Source: Hydrolagus affinis (Eukaryota). Taken from it: a DNA stretch of 64,000 nucleotides. A program made the position numbers and the translations under genes. The notes under the pieces are model-generated. The model ran no database searches. It saw only the letters and a list, made by a program, of their open reading frames with translations, and had not been told where the DNA came from. Positions 38,380-52,013 of the stretch are shown here, piece by piece. Within the stretch, counting starts at the first letter, position 1. The number at the start of each line of letters is the position of its first letter. The DNA lies in NCBI GenBank assembly GCA_012026655.1, contig JAAILG010001022.1, forward strand, positions 1-64,000. The letters run 5' to 3'.

Positions 38380-38630
38380 CCCTGTTATTCACTTCACTGC
38401 AGCAATAAATATTGCAAGTCAGAATGATGCCCGGTTTATACTGTTCAAAGCAATAGGAGATGGCTTTGGGCAGCAAAGTGATTGGAGCCAGAGGAGGCAG
38501 ATTTATGCTTCTCTTTTAATTGCGTTGACTGGAGCTCAGAAGATTTCTTCACAAGGCTACACACAGATGTGTCACCACCAATGTGTTACTTTTCTAATTA
38601 AATTTTTTTTATATCTGTCTCTTTAATAAC
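38380..38630. promoter_or_regulatory. Candidate conserved non-coding enhancer
   Basis: CAATAAA, AGATTTATG, TGATTGG, TAATTA and TGTCA motifs in unique sequence. Confidence 0.4.
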
Positions 38631-40041
38631 ATTACAAAATAGTTCTTTGATATTTCTGGAACTTTTAAGGGATCTTTTCTGAGTATTGTGAATGAATTAA
38701 TATGCCGCCAGAACCCCTTTTGCAAAATCAAACAAGCATCAATGCAGATTTCTTCCAGATCCACAGCTGTGTTCCTTCAGACCCTGGTACAGATGTCAGG
38801 CTTAATATTACTTTATTTTGTATCACTGTAATACTGTTTGTGTAAATATTGTCTGCAAATATTTGCTTGCAAAATGGACAGTCACTACAATTTATAGAAA
38901 ATCCTGTGAAACGCTTTGAGTCTCTCTCCCGACGTGAAAGCAGTTATATAAAATGCACGGATTATTATTCTTTGTCGCCTAAGCATTACAATATTATGAA
39001 TCACTTAGGAATTGTTTCACTTTTGGTAAAAGATTACGCTTGCCTCTTACAGACAAAGAACCTGTAGTTTATTTGCTGTCAATTATGTCAATGTAGATTA
39101 ATCGACTTAATCGATTGAATCTATTGTGTATTTGACTCATAATTTTATTATTGAGGTTTTTTTTTGAGGGATTGTTAATGGACATTTTTCACAGGAGAAT
39201 CAAGATGCCAGAGCAGCTTTAGTCGTCCTTAATAAGCAAGAGGAGACTGCTCTAAACCAAAAGAATCGGAAAAACAGATTGCAAACAACCAGAATCTTAG
39301 ACAAAGAGATAGAAGTACTGTAAGAAAACAAGTAACTACTTTGAGCTGTCATTTCACTTTAGAAAGAAATATACAACTATTAAATAGTCACACAGCTCAA
39401 TAAATTGCTAAAAGTGGGAATATGGTCATTCATTACCTCAATGTTATCAGTTATAGTGTGTAGTTAAGGAATTTTTTTGAGTAAAAGATTTTTAATGACC
39501 CTAGACTAATTGTTTTAATGCCATGAATCCAATCCTTGTCTGGTTGTTTTAGCAATTGTTCAGTTGTGATGTTCATTCACTTAACCTTCATCAGTATAAA
39601 TTTAGATCCTGCATCTCAATATTTGAAGACTTGAGCAAGTTCAACTAATCCATTGCTTCAATGAAACGATCATCAAAATTCCTTACAAAGAGTAAATAAT
39701 AATAATAATCCTTGCATTTGGTACAGTGCCTTATCGTGTCGTTGAGACGTTTCAAAAGCACTTCAGAGAATATGGTCTTCAATGATAGGTTAACACATTT
39801 TTCACCAGCTTGATACCCATGACAGGCTTGACTGTGGTGCTTCTCTGAATTGAGTCAAGATATCAAGTGCGTTGATTATTATTATTATTAGAATGGTTCC
39901 TTCAGTATCTTCCAATGATTTGTAGATGGAAAAACTTCAGAATGTCTATCTTGATCACCAATATTTAATTCTTAACAATGCTGTTTGTTGCCCATTGTTG
40001 TATTTGCTGATGAAATACAAAACATTGTTGATGAAAATACA

Positions 40042-40180
40042 AAACACGTAGAATACTGTAGATGCTGGAAATCTGAAAACAAAACAGAAAGGGCTAGGAA
40101 CACTCAGCAGGTCAGGCAGCATCTATGGAGAAAGGAAAAGTGAGTCAACGTTTCGGGTCCACGACACTTCGTCAGAACTG
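40042..40180 (-). mobile_element. Penelope-like element terminal fragment
   Basis: AGATGCTGGAAATCTGAAAACAAAACAGAAAGGGCTAGGAACACTCAGCAGGTCAGGCAGCATCTATGGAG resembles a common shark repeat end; carries a hammerhead core; flanked by a TGAAAATACA direct repeat. Confidence 0.7.
40143..40180 (-). ncRNA. Minimal type I hammerhead ribozyme motif
   Basis: Minus strand: CAGTT-CTGACGA-AGTGTC-GTG-GACCC-GAAAC-GTT-GACT; catalytic boxes, stem I AGTT/GACT, imperfect stem II and palindromic ACGT stem III. Confidence 0.7.
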
Positions 40181-40194
40181 AAAATACATTTTTC

Positions 40195-40325
40195 TAATTG
40201 TGTTTTTTTTGGGAGGGATTATTACAGTATTAGGCATGTGGAGTAAGGAAACTTGCCCAAGGTTTCACCCTGAATTCGAACACAGGTCTCACGCTTGTAA
40301 GGCGAGTGCTCTAACCACTGAGCTA
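40195..40325 (-). mobile_element. SINE 5' half
   Basis: Family head. Confidence 0.88.
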
Positions 40326-42314
40326 ATTAATATTATTACCCCATGCAGCCAAGCTCTCAAAGCTCTAGCCTGTAACTGTTTCCCATCCTCAAACCTCAGT
40401 CATCTCCAAGCCAAGAATGTCACGCTTGGTGACTTCTTAAAGGAGGGGGCAGCAGAGAATATAACTATTGATAGATTTGTTGGCAGTTTAGTACTGTTTC
40501 CCCTTCCAATTTTTCTGGGACAAAATAAATGTACAGAGAATGACTGGAATTTGTGTTGATGTTGCCTCCCCATCACATCTTGTTTGGAACTTCTTCAATT
40601 ATAAAACATTTTATTAGAACCGCCCACTGTACAACTTTCCTCAAATGCACTTTTATTCATGCGCAAAAATATGCCTCCAAACACTCAAAAATTGTTGACT
40701 TTCTTCTATGTGGAAAACAAGCACTCAGTGGATGGTCCCAATTGACTATTGCATTTTTATTTATTAGTCATTAGCGATGGAGAAACAGAAATCACAGTGG
40801 CTTACCAGAGTTCTGACTTGTTTCTGAATTCAGACAAGATTAATCAGAGAAGAGTTTCGCTGCTGGCTGAGAAGGGGCTTAAGTGAAACACGCCTTGGCA
40901 GTTGCGATGCAGTTGTGAGTATGTGTATGCCCACTGCGGAAAACTGTTTATAACTCAGCACTAATTGGCATTCAATTGAGAGTTTGTAGCCGAGGGTTCT
41001 CACGTTGCAATGCCTGGGATTTGGAGGGATCACATTGATGCAGCAGGAGGTATTTTACTGAAGGACTATTATTTTCAAAGTGTAGCGAAGACTCTCAAGG
41101 AATATATACTTCTGATCTTTCCGATTCCATGTTGCTACACAAATGCAATTTTGTTGTTATTGTTGTATTGCTGTTATCTTTGTTTTGTCCTCCTTTGTGA
41201 CACAGGGTTAAAAAGGAAAATAACTGCATTGTCGCACAATCTTATTCCTTGTGATTAAATACCGAAATATTAGGAAAAGATTAAACATTTTCTAAAACTT
41301 AAATTGCTTTCATCTCTTACCTTGTTGATAGAATGGAACCAGCTCAATAATTCCAAGGAATTTATTAATTAGAATGAATCTTAAATTGCATAGCCGTCCA
41401 TTGACAGAAAGGAAAGGGATTTTCTATAGCCAATTGGTAATGAAGAATGCTAAATATTCCTTATTCGCAGTCAGTGGCATCTCTGCCTGTCTACCTTTAT
41501 TTAAGACGTTATTCAGACTGGGTTTTGCATTAAATCTAACCCTATAAGGACTTGAATAGCGTTTGTACATTAAATTTTAAAATGTCATTTTTGTCATTTA
41601 TTCCATTAATAATTTCTTGAGAAGAGGCTCAATTTCTGCAGGATTTACCGTGGATCCTGTCCATGAAGAAATGCAACTTGCTATCTAATGAGCTCTAAGA
41701 AGGACAGCTTTTAGGATACATGCAAGAACCTTTTATAATGATCATAAAGGTTATCTGACTGTGAAGTACTTAATTATAGCAGCGATAAGACTTTGATATC
41801 TGGTACCACAGCTAATTCTGCACTCTCCTATTATACTAGAAGAGCAACAATTATATAGCGCTGAAAATAGCCACATAGATAGAGCCGCTGGGTATAAAAT
41901 ATACTGGCGATCAGATGAATGATCAGATATGTTTGCATCTCCTGTCACCAAAGTAGATAAAACAAGAATTTATTATGCACGTTCTTTTCTCTGTTGTGGT
42001 CTATGGTAGGGACTTCAGTGTATTCAGCTGCAGAACAACAGTTCATGGGAACAATAGCTTTCATGTCATCTTGTCAACTCACTCAAGTTGAAGTCAAATA
42101 GTAATACACATCCTTAAATGCAGTTGGGAAATAACGGCTGGTAATTTGGCTTATATAATGGTTTATAAAGGGCCGTTAAAGTGGAGTTTATCCACTAAAT
42201 AAAAATCCAGGTTGGTTTTAAGGTCTATTTTTTCTGTGCAATGATCACGGCAATCAATCCAATCGATTTTAATTTTACAATAATCCTATTGCACATGACA
42301 TGATGTCACACTCA

Positions 42315-42720
42315 GAAGGCTGTAGGTTCAACTCCAATTGGGTTGAGGACTTGGAGATTATATAATCAAATATATAATAATACAGAATATGCTGACACTC
42401 AGGTACAGTGCAGGGAGAGCACTGCCTTGTCAGAGGTGACAAGCTAAACTGAAGTTACTTGTCTCCTTGTTCAAGTACATGTTAAAGAACCCTCAACACT
42501 ATTCGAAAAGGGAAGAGAGTTTCTCCCCGTGTTTCAGTCTCCAGTTAAGTTGTCCATTCACCTCCTGTCTGTTTGTGGGAAAATTTTAGTGCACAAAATT
42601 AACTGCTGATTTTGAGTACAAATACACAGTCAATACATTTTACTTTACACGAAAAACTCTGTGATGTACTTCGAGACATTTCAACTGGATAAGCTCTATG
42701 AAATACAAGAATTATGATTT
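42315..42720 (+). mobile_element. Old Deu-domain SINE relic with tRNA-like head
   Basis: TCAGAAGGCTGTAGGTTCAACTCC head, GCTGACACTC...CACTATTCGAAAAG...TTCTCCCCGTGT. Confidence 0.72.
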
Positions 42721-43377
42721 TTTCAGTACTATTCTTCAGTTAAATCCTTTAAAAATGTATGTCTACCCAGTGGAAAATGTACAGAACGTGGCTCCCTAGG
42801 CAAGAGGCTACTTTGATCCATTATTGTTTTATTGCTGGATAGATTTTCAGCGAGCTAACTCGTGAAACAGTGCTTCAGTGGTGAACAAATAATCTCATCA
42901 GCATCCATACGAGATATAAGAGCATTCTGTGTTACATGTGTCCTGTTCTACCGCTATCTAAAATTGTCTTTAGGTAAAGGGCGCGTGAGGTAGATCGAGG
43001 TAAAATATACAGGCATGAACAAGTCGAAGAAATATGCATGCTGATTCCTTCAAAGATGGGCTGTAATCCACGAATGGTAGTACCTGACACATTCTGATTC
43101 CAGTGTCTGTGATCAGCCACAGGGTTCTTAATTCCCCCATAATTCAGTGTCACAACTGCAAGCTAATTTCCTGATTATACCCTGCTGTGAATCGTGTGAT
43201 GCTATTATCCATCCATGACCATCTCACAATCCCTTTTCAGTCACTGAGCCCTTGCCTCTGCCGGGCTAAAGACTCCCAACAAACGGAGAAGTTGCCGTGT
43301 CTGTTAACTCCTTCAAAGGAAGATGATATGAATCTGCTTGAGGACTGTACTGAAAGATACACGGACACTGTGTAGAC

Positions 43378-43800
43378 AGCAACAAAATCAACCAAATTCC
43401 ATTTGCATAGCACCTTTCATGGGAGGACGTCCCAAGGCACTGGACAGTCAGAGTTTTGGACCCGAGCTGAGGTCGGGGAAGGTGGAGGGAAGTGGGGGGA
43501 GAAGTTTCTTAGAGGAATTTGAAGGAGGCTAGGGAAGAAGTGAGGTGGAGGGATTGCAGGATGGAATTCCAAAGGTTTGGGGCAGATTGCCTGAAGGCTT
43601 GACTGCCGATGGTGGGTCATATGGGTCAGGGGACGTACGACTGATAAGACTGATGAGAAATCAGAACCAGGCACAAATGATGTTTGTGTGGCCCGGGCCA
43701 GAGTTGCGTAGGGGCTGGGGCAGAAAGAGGAATCTTCACGTTCTGTGTGTTGAGGGGAGGGTAGGGGAGTTGGAGGTCACTGGTAAACAGTGAAGCTTTG
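43378..43800 (-). mobile_element. LINE2 3' fragment
   Basis: L2 tail motif GGGAGGACGTCCCAAGGC and purine-rich body. Confidence 0.8.
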
Positions 43801-44062
43801 GGAATCGTAAACATTCTGCAGCTTTGAAAAATGAACATTTGGGAGTCCTGGACCCATTGACACCCAATAGATTTGATTTGAGGGAGTTTGGTGGAATGAG
43901 AGCTCGATGGGCGAAATCAAATCACCTTTCACAACAATTGTATTTCATATGGGATTAAGAAAATAAACTCAAGATCAACACTTTAGGACACAAAAAGACT
44001 TTAGAACAGGAGGACATGGCTTTGGAGTTGTAAGGGCAATTTTGGAAGTTGGGCAGACACCA

Positions 44063-44247
44063 GGAAGTTTTCGACCGTGCCTTCTGCTGCCCTCCCAACT
44101 TTCTCCCTCCCCTCCTAACTCTCTCCCGCCCCCTCCCCCCTACCCTGCTCCTTTCCCTTGCTCGGGTCCCGACCCGACTGTTCAGCGCCTTGGGAAGTCC
44201 TCCCAACGTGAAAGGCGTTCTATAAATGTAATTGTTGTTTTTGTTGT
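44063..44247 (+). mobile_element. LINE2 3' tail
   Basis: CTCGGGTCCCGACC...CGTGAAAGGCG...(TTG)n. Confidence 0.88.
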
Positions 44248-44517
44248 TTCATTAACTCAGAGGGTAATCGATGATAAGGTTGCCCAGAAAGTGCTAGTGG
44301 CCAAGACACTTGAAAGTCAGCTTGATGTTGTGACGGGAAACGACCGGGGTGACATTTCCTTCAATAAATGTCTCTCCATTAATGTTGGAAACTAAGTTTG
44401 GTGTTTTTATATGATAATATAGCATTAATTCGATTGATTCCATTTTATCACAAAGGAGTGATCACATTGTTATCTGCCATCTTTTACTGTGAGTGATTAG
44501 TCTTCAGACTACCACCG

Positions 44518-44844
44518 TAATAATAATAAATAATAATAATCCTTGCATTTGATATAGCGCTTTTCACATCTTATCGACGTCTCAAAGCGCTTCACAGAAT
44601 ATACTGCAAAGTGAATTGACTGTATATCTGTGGGCGAAATGCAGCAGCCATTTGTGTATAGCAGTGTTCCACAAACAGTTGTAAATTGAAATGACCAATT
44701 TTATTACAGTATTGTGTTTTTTTTTGGAGGGATTATTATTAGGCGTGTGGAGTAAGGAAACTTGCCCAAGGTTTCGCCCTGATCTGCCTGGATTTTAACA
44801 CAGGTTTCACATTTGTAAAGCGAGTGCTGTGCTACAGGAGCTCC
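44518..44844 (-). mobile_element. tRNA-derived SINE, main family
   Basis: Family match; short deletion in the A box. Confidence 0.93.
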
Positions 44845-45486
44845 ATTATAGAATAATACTGAAGATTTTTTTTTGCAAAATGCATTTTACTTTTGCAGGG
44901 AAAAAAAACCTGAATACTTGGGAGTGAAGAAGTATTGGAGGGTTGGACCTGGTGGTTTTATATAATGTAAATAATACAATACTGTCCTCTGGTTACTTGA
45001 ATCAAGGTATTAACTCTAACAGTGCTCATTTAAAATGTTATTAATGATAAATGAATTGGCATGGAAAATGCATGGAATGCTTTTTTTAAATTACTTCAAT
45101 GCCATGTATGCAGTACTTAAAGCAGCTGCTCAGGACAACAAGTTGAGGCTATTTGAACAGCCTTTAGACTGCAGCCTGTAGCTTCTGCATGGTAAAGATA
45201 AGATGATGAGCATACTGAGATATAAGCCATCTCTTGACATGGTTCCCTGTGACCTACTCAGGAAACGAGTGCAATATTATGGTGTGCTTTATCTTTCCAT
45301 TAAGCATCAATCCAAGGTGTTCACTTTGTTTATGGCACACCGTGTTCAGTCAAAGCTAATTTGTTCTAAATTAACTGCCCCCCCCATTCATTGTGCAGAT
45401 AACGAAGGAGGCACAGGATTGTATGTTGTAGTACTACTGTAGAGAGAAGCCATTTCTATCCTGTAGGTAAAGAAACATGCAGAAGG

Positions 45487-45716
45487 CACCTGAGTTATAA
45501 CAATCCCTCAAAAAATAATAAGTTGATCATTTCAATCTACGACTGTAGATTGAAATCTACAGTCAATCAACAGCAGGGACATTGCTGTGCGCAATTGGCT
45601 GCCACTTTTCCCTCACATATATATACACAGTCAATTCACCCTACAGTGTATTCTGTGAAGCGCTTTTAGACGACAAGAAGATGTGAAAAAGCGCTATATG
45701 AAATGAAAGGATTATA
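45487..45716 (+). mobile_element. SINE 3' part with internal fold-back rearrangement
   Basis: Family body and tail; inverted duplications at 45530-45564. Confidence 0.85.
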
Positions 45717-46914
45717 TCTCACTCGACACAGCTTTCTATCAGGGCTGAATAAGAGAATAAGAGATTATGGTATTGTTAGAGAGGCAGTTGTGTAAATTGG
45801 CTCTTCAGTATCTTTAAGATGTGGGGTTGAGAGGGAATGTGATGAGGTAGAGGAGGAAGATGGGTACAAATGGATACAAATGCAGAAAGGAAACTCAAGA
45901 TTGGAAAAGGGATTCAGAGAAGGTGGGATACAAAGCTACAAACTGTTGGAGAAAACATCAAGAGAGAGATGGATAGGCTAGAGGGTTGGACACATTCAGG
46001 AATGTCAGTATCAACTGACAGGCCCATATCTTTGTAAAATGAAAATATTTTATTCAGGGGAATAAAGTTGTTTTGTCTTTTGGTCCACAGATGAAGTAAA
46101 AATAATACAAGAATAATAATAATAATAATCCTTGCATTTGAGAGAGCGCTTTTAAAACTGATGCCAATACAATTACTGTGAATTAACGAAGAAAATGCCC
46201 GTACATTTACCACTTTATAAAATAGCAGGTACTGTATAGTGTTAGAACATTTTCTTTAGCATACGTCTCTCGCTGCTTTTTAACTGTATATTCTAATTTC
46301 CTTTGAAATAAATTTCTTTCAAATTTTCCTTTGAAGTACCAATGTTTTTATCCAGTGCACAATCCGGAGCCAAAGAGTTAAACATAGGTCTTTGCGAAGT
46401 ACAATTTAGATATTGCGCAATTTTTAGTGAAGCGTTTAACACTCAAGTGGAACCATTCACATATTCACTTTAAAATCGGTGCTGAGTTGCCTCACCTGCC
46501 AAAGTACAAGCACAGATTGATGGCTGAACAATCCAATCTCGCAAAGACATTTACCGAAGTATTTTATTGCAGTGTTAGAGTGATATAAGAGAGAATCATG
46601 GACAGAACTGGGAAATTATACTACAGAGACAAGATAGACTTTTCCAGAGAAATGAGCCAAATAGAAGTGTGTGTGTGTGTGTGTGTGCAAATTAACCGCT
46701 AGGGACTGGAACACACTGTCACATCTGTTTGTAGATAAGAAAGTAATATCAGGGAGAGGAAACACCTAGTTTCTGAAGTGCTGCATGCGTAGTCTGAGTG
46801 AGGTATGCAGCTCTGATATGATCCCCGTCTGGACAGATTGAATCAAAAAGTCAAGGGAGTGCATCTTAAAAGACCCCAGTTGCTCTACAGATACAAGTCC
46901 CATGCATTTTTCAT

Positions 46915-47237
46915 GGAGTCCTGTAGCTCAGTGGTTAGAGCACTCGCCTTACAAGGGTGAGACCTGTGTTCAAATCCAGGCAGGTCAGGGTGAAACCTTG
47001 GACAAATTTCCTTACTCCACACACCTGATAAGAATCCCTAAAAAAAAAACACAATAATAAAATTGGTAATTTCAATCCATGACTGTTTGTGGGACACTCC
47101 TGTGCAAAATTGGCTGCTGCATTTCACCCACAAATATACACAATCAATTCACTTTACAGAATATTCTGTGAAGTGCTTTGAGACGTCCAGAAGATATTAA
47201 AAGGGCTATATCAAATGCAACGATTATTATTATTATT
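46915..47237 (+). mobile_element. tRNA-derived SINE, main family, full length
   Basis: Family match. Confidence 0.94.
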
Positions 47238-49534
47238 TTCTGCATTAGAGTGAACTAAGATTGAAGATCTGACGTTGCATTGCTCCTCTCTGGGCTGAGT
47301 GAAGTAGAACAATCCCTGCATATGCACAGAACACTCCCAAGCCAGTGTCCGCATTCCAGTTTATCATTACTAAAGACATGGTGGGTCTGAATGGCTGATA
47401 CCCAATGTTAACAGTGGACCAACGCACCACTTACTGACATTGCAGAGAATCCTTAGCCTTAAAGTGCTGTCGATATGTACCTTGCACCAGCTAGAAAACA
47501 AGCAAACCCATACTGCACAACTTTTACATTACAGTACAGTACTGTACTTGGAATGTACTTCGAAATTGAATACAAAGTGGAACCTTATTTTTGTCACAGT
47601 GGTAGAACAGATTTCGAAAGCTGGAGGTCACTGGGGTACCAATAAAACATTTTGTAACATGTTGAAAGCTGAAATCAATGTTATAGTTTCTTTTTATGTT
47701 TGCGAGGTGGGGCATTGCATGAGATTACTGGAAGACACTGTGTGCTTCTATATCAGGCTCCCAGGGAAGACATTGAATGCTCCTAGGTCAAGTGTAACAT
47801 AGATCAACAGCAAGAATGGACTTAATGCATCTCTGTTTGCTTTCCCAGCTTGACATTTTCATTTCCAACATTCTCAATCTAGAGTTTTGCAGAGAGAGAA
47901 ATCCTGAATTACTTGTTAGATTTATAGTACTACTGGTGTGCTTGCGTCCACTGCAGAGCAGATGAAGTCTAACTTTAACTGGTACAGATTATTCCGGTTG
48001 GGAACATAGCACTGAATACGTCTGATTAAAATCAATTCCACTCTGTCGAAGAAAATTGTGTAGCCAGATTAAATGCATCAAATTAATTTAGTCAAATAAC
48101 TCATTACCCATTAAATATTCAATTTGATGTCTCAACAGAATAGAATGGAATCACTGCAGAATCACTGTTGTGAATGGGATAAACATTCAGAATTTAGAGG
48201 CAAAATGTTTGAAGGATGTTTGTAATTAATATCAAGGCTTATTTGTCAGTGCTTTGCCCATCACTCTGCCTTATTAAAGAGAATATTTAATTAAATATAA
48301 ACTTCATTCTGATTTTTGCTATCTCTACAGCATAGACATTTACAATTTTACAATTCAAACGACAAATCTAATAATAAGAATAATAATAATAATAATGCTT
48401 GCATTTGATGCAGTGCTTTATCATGTCATTGAGACATCTCAAAGCATTTCACAAAATATACTGTCAATTGGATTGACTGTGTATTTTGTAGGCAAAACTC
48501 CTTAGTGCTGGGTCAAAGAATGAAATTTGATTTAAAACAACCTGCCAAATCTTGTATTTATCCAAAATAAAGGCATACAATTATTTATCATGTACAGTAC
48601 ATTACTTCAAAATGCTTTCCTTTCTTTCAATTGTTAGAGCATTGATCATCAGTGATCTTAGGTAACAAAGAAGTTTAATTGCTTGCAAGGTTTGTTGTAA
48701 ATCCAAACAAAACCTGCTTTTCATTCAAGCCATGAATCATCCTTTCTGAACCAGAACATGCTGATAACAAAACCAGCATCACTGTTTAAATTGAATACAA
48801 TTTAAATGATCTTCTGACATCAGTTCTGCATGCCCATCACAATTTGCTGACACTAGCTGCCTGTCAGTGTTCCGTGTAGTCACTCGTCCAGAAATAATGT
48901 GTTGCAGCAAAAAAGTTGCTGCAAATGCCACTGTGGGTTATTTCAGTAAATAATATATAAAACAGGAGGTTCAGTTCCCTGAGGATCTCATGGAAGCTAT
49001 AAAATCACTTATTCTCTGAGGTAACTGCACAGTCTCTACAGTAAAATCAGTATGTGTTGAAGGAGACCAGTCTCTTAGATATATACTCTTTTGCCCTTCT
49101 GTTTCACACTGCAGATGTGATTCTGCTTGATCCAGGCTTCGCCAGGCTTTTCCTGTAAGAGTATCACACACTTACAATTAGTCTTTTGATATTAACATTC
49201 TGAAAACGGTTGTTTTGTGATGATCACTTTCCTTTTACAAACCACAAACAAGAATAAACTATTACCCACAGCCTCCTGGCTGTAATGAACTTCCAGTGAA
49301 TTAACTGCTTTAAACCTTTCGCAGAATAATGCACTGACTGCAATGCCATTTTCGGTAGTGTTTTAAACCTTGTCTAGTCATTTAGGTTTACGCTCATAGG
49401 TTGAGTGATGGAAGTAAGGAACTCAAGCTAATTTCTTCATGCATTGATGCTTGTTGATCAGGACATCAGATCAGGGCAATAATGAGTATAAAATAATCAT
49501 GTACAGTATATGGCATGATTACAGCGTACATTCA

Positions 49535-49667
49535 TAAAAGGATTAAGGGGTATGGGGATAAGGCAGGTAGCTGGAGTTAGAATGGAATATCAGCCATGAT
49601 TGAATGGCGGGGCAGGCTCGAAGGGCTGAATGGCCTACTCCTGCTCCTACTTGTTATGTTCTTATGT
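49535..49667 (+). mobile_element. CR1 LINE 3' end
   Basis: AAGGGGTATGGGGATAAGGCAGG...GGCTGAATGGCCTACTCCTGCTCCT...TATGTTCTTATG; same family as 27017-27170. Confidence 0.85.
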
Positions 49668-50179
49668 GCATTGATTGAGACATTGGGCACTAACTACGAA
49701 AGGCCAACTATGCAGTGCCATTCACTGTTGCAAACTGTTGCACTTCAAGCTGCTCAACGTGTAATGATGTACAGCACATCTTGCGTTTGGGACATCGATG
49801 TACTTAAGGTATACAGTTGTCTCGGTGGAGGTTTGTTGGTCAGTTGAATGGGGACGATCAATAAATTGAAGCTGTTAAAAAAAAAGCGCCTATAAAATGG
49901 TGAAAGCCAAATAAACAATGAAGAAAATAATTTATTAAATAATAAAGTAAATTTCATGGTGGGAATGTGATGTGAATTATCACAAAGAAAGCAGTATAAA
50001 ATAGCTTAGCATACTCGTGTGGGGGCCTTTCAAGAAGTATGTGACATTCATTAACCCAACGTGGAGCCTCTTTTTCCTAGAACTGTCAAGTGTCACTTAT
50101 TAATGCCCCTTTTCTACGCTGTTTTTAGCATTGACCTGAAATGAAAACTACTGGACTAAAGGTTCAATGCAATGTACAA

Positions 50180-50499
50180 TAATAATAACAATGACAATCC
50201 TTGCATTTGATTTAGCACTTTTCATGTCTTCTAGCATCTCAAAGTGCTTCACAGAATCTACCGTAAATTGAATTGACTGAATATTTGTGGGCGAAAAGGC
50301 AGCAGCCATATGCACACAGCAGCGTCCCACAAACAGTCGTGGATTGAAATGACCAATTTATTATTTTATTTTCGAGGGATTGTTGTAAGGGGTGTGGAGT
50401 AAGGAAACTTGCCCAAGGTTTTGCCCTGACCTGTCCGGAATTGAACCTAGGTCTCTCGCTTGTAAGCCGAGTGCTCTAACCACTGAGCTACAGGACTCC
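50180..50499 (-). mobile_element. tRNA-derived SINE, full length
   Basis: Family match. Confidence 0.93.
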
Positions 50500-50929
50500 A
50501 GACACGCAATTTTGAAACTCTTGACAGTTCTGATTGCTGAAGAGGTGCCTGCACTTCCACATTAACCATTCCTTTTACATCTTAGATCAGCCAGAGTAAG
50601 GCAAAAGCTGTCCCCAAGTTTAAACCCAATTTTGGCCGAGGCTGAAGGAGCACAATGGACAGTAGTCTATCTGCAAACAGTTCAGTCCCATCAAGAGCAA
50701 ATTTAAGGTCTTCCAGCAATTCCAGCAGATCCCTTGGTTTGCTTTCAACCAGAACATCTGTTCCACTGATTCTTACAAGGATCCATGAAAGAGCCCTTTA
50801 TGAAGCATTATTCAAATGACAAGATTATATATACATTTTTTTTAAAAATCTCACTTCTGGTTACTCATCATAGACTAAGTCCTAACCTTCCAGTACTTAT
50901 TCCCGCATCGAAATAAACCATTGGACACA

Positions 50930-51600
50930 AATTCATTCAGCGGATTGATCCTTGCTCAGTGAATTTGTTGCTAATTACACCAATGCTCTTCTTATTTCAC
51001 TTTCCTATTGCACAAACGTGGGCCACAGGAGTAATAACATTTTCCTTTGTGTCTCCTGCTTGGAGGCACACCTCTGTCTGCCCGCCTGCTGTGCTGAACC
51101 CTTGATCTCCACAAGCAGCAGCCTCTCACCGCACATTCTCGGCTAATCAACAGCAAACGTGCGTTTGACATGTGAACACGAGCTGCCACTCAGCAAGAAG
51201 GGAGTTTAGTGCAGCATTAAATGTTGAACATGTTCCATGCTGATTCCCTGGCGTGACGTCAGACTTCCATTTACTGCTAAATCAAAGGTAGCAGTCAATC
51301 GCTGGGGGATAGACTAATAATGCAAAAAGAGTGGTTGAATTAACTCAGTCGGTGTTTCTTTTTTAATAGCAAGTCTTTTGTGCAAGAGTGCTCAAAGTGC
51401 CCCAGGGTTTACGAAGTTCACAAGTCGTTTCAGCGAGGAGAAAGCAGTAAGAAATGAGGGGAGAATAAAAAGACGGAACAAAAACATCAAAAAGTCAAAC
51501 CACGGCACAAACCATGGAGTGATTACAAAGCGTAATCTTATGCAAGGATTAGCTGGTATTACAAACTACCAAGGTTGAGGGCGCATGAACCATTTATAGC
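50930..51600. promoter_or_regulatory. Candidate conserved non-coding enhancer
   Basis: Unique block with raised CpG, a CRE palindrome TGACGTCA (~51254), TAATTA and TGACA sites. Confidence 0.4.
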
Positions 51601-51690
51601 CATTGCCTGATCCTGCGAGTGGAGAATATACATCAGCAGCTCAGCATAGTATGGTACATATAATACGTATTAATAATAATCCATACATTG

Positions 51691-52013
51691 TGGAACTCCT
51701 GTAGCTCAGTGGTTAGAGCACTCGCCTTACAAGCGTGAGACCTGTGTTCAAATCCAGGCAGATCAGGGCAAAACCTTGGGCAAGTTTCCTTACTCCACAT
51801 GTCTAAAAATAATCCGTCCAAAAAATACCACAATAATAAAATAGGTCATTTCAATCCACAACTGTTTGTGGGACACTGCTGTGCGCAATTGCCTGCCGTG
51901 TTTCACCCACAAAATATACAGTCAATTCACTTTACAGTATGTTCTGTGAAGCACTTTGAGACATCGATAAAACATGAAACTCGCTATATCAAATGCAAAG
52001 ATTATTATTATTA
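51691..52013 (+). mobile_element. tRNA-derived SINE, main family, full length
   Basis: Family match. Confidence 0.94.

Noticed and set aside
46915-46990. Apparent tRNA-Val(TAC) genes at SINE heads
   Set aside because: No proper acceptor stem, and the sequence runs straight into the SINE body; these are tRNA-derived heads
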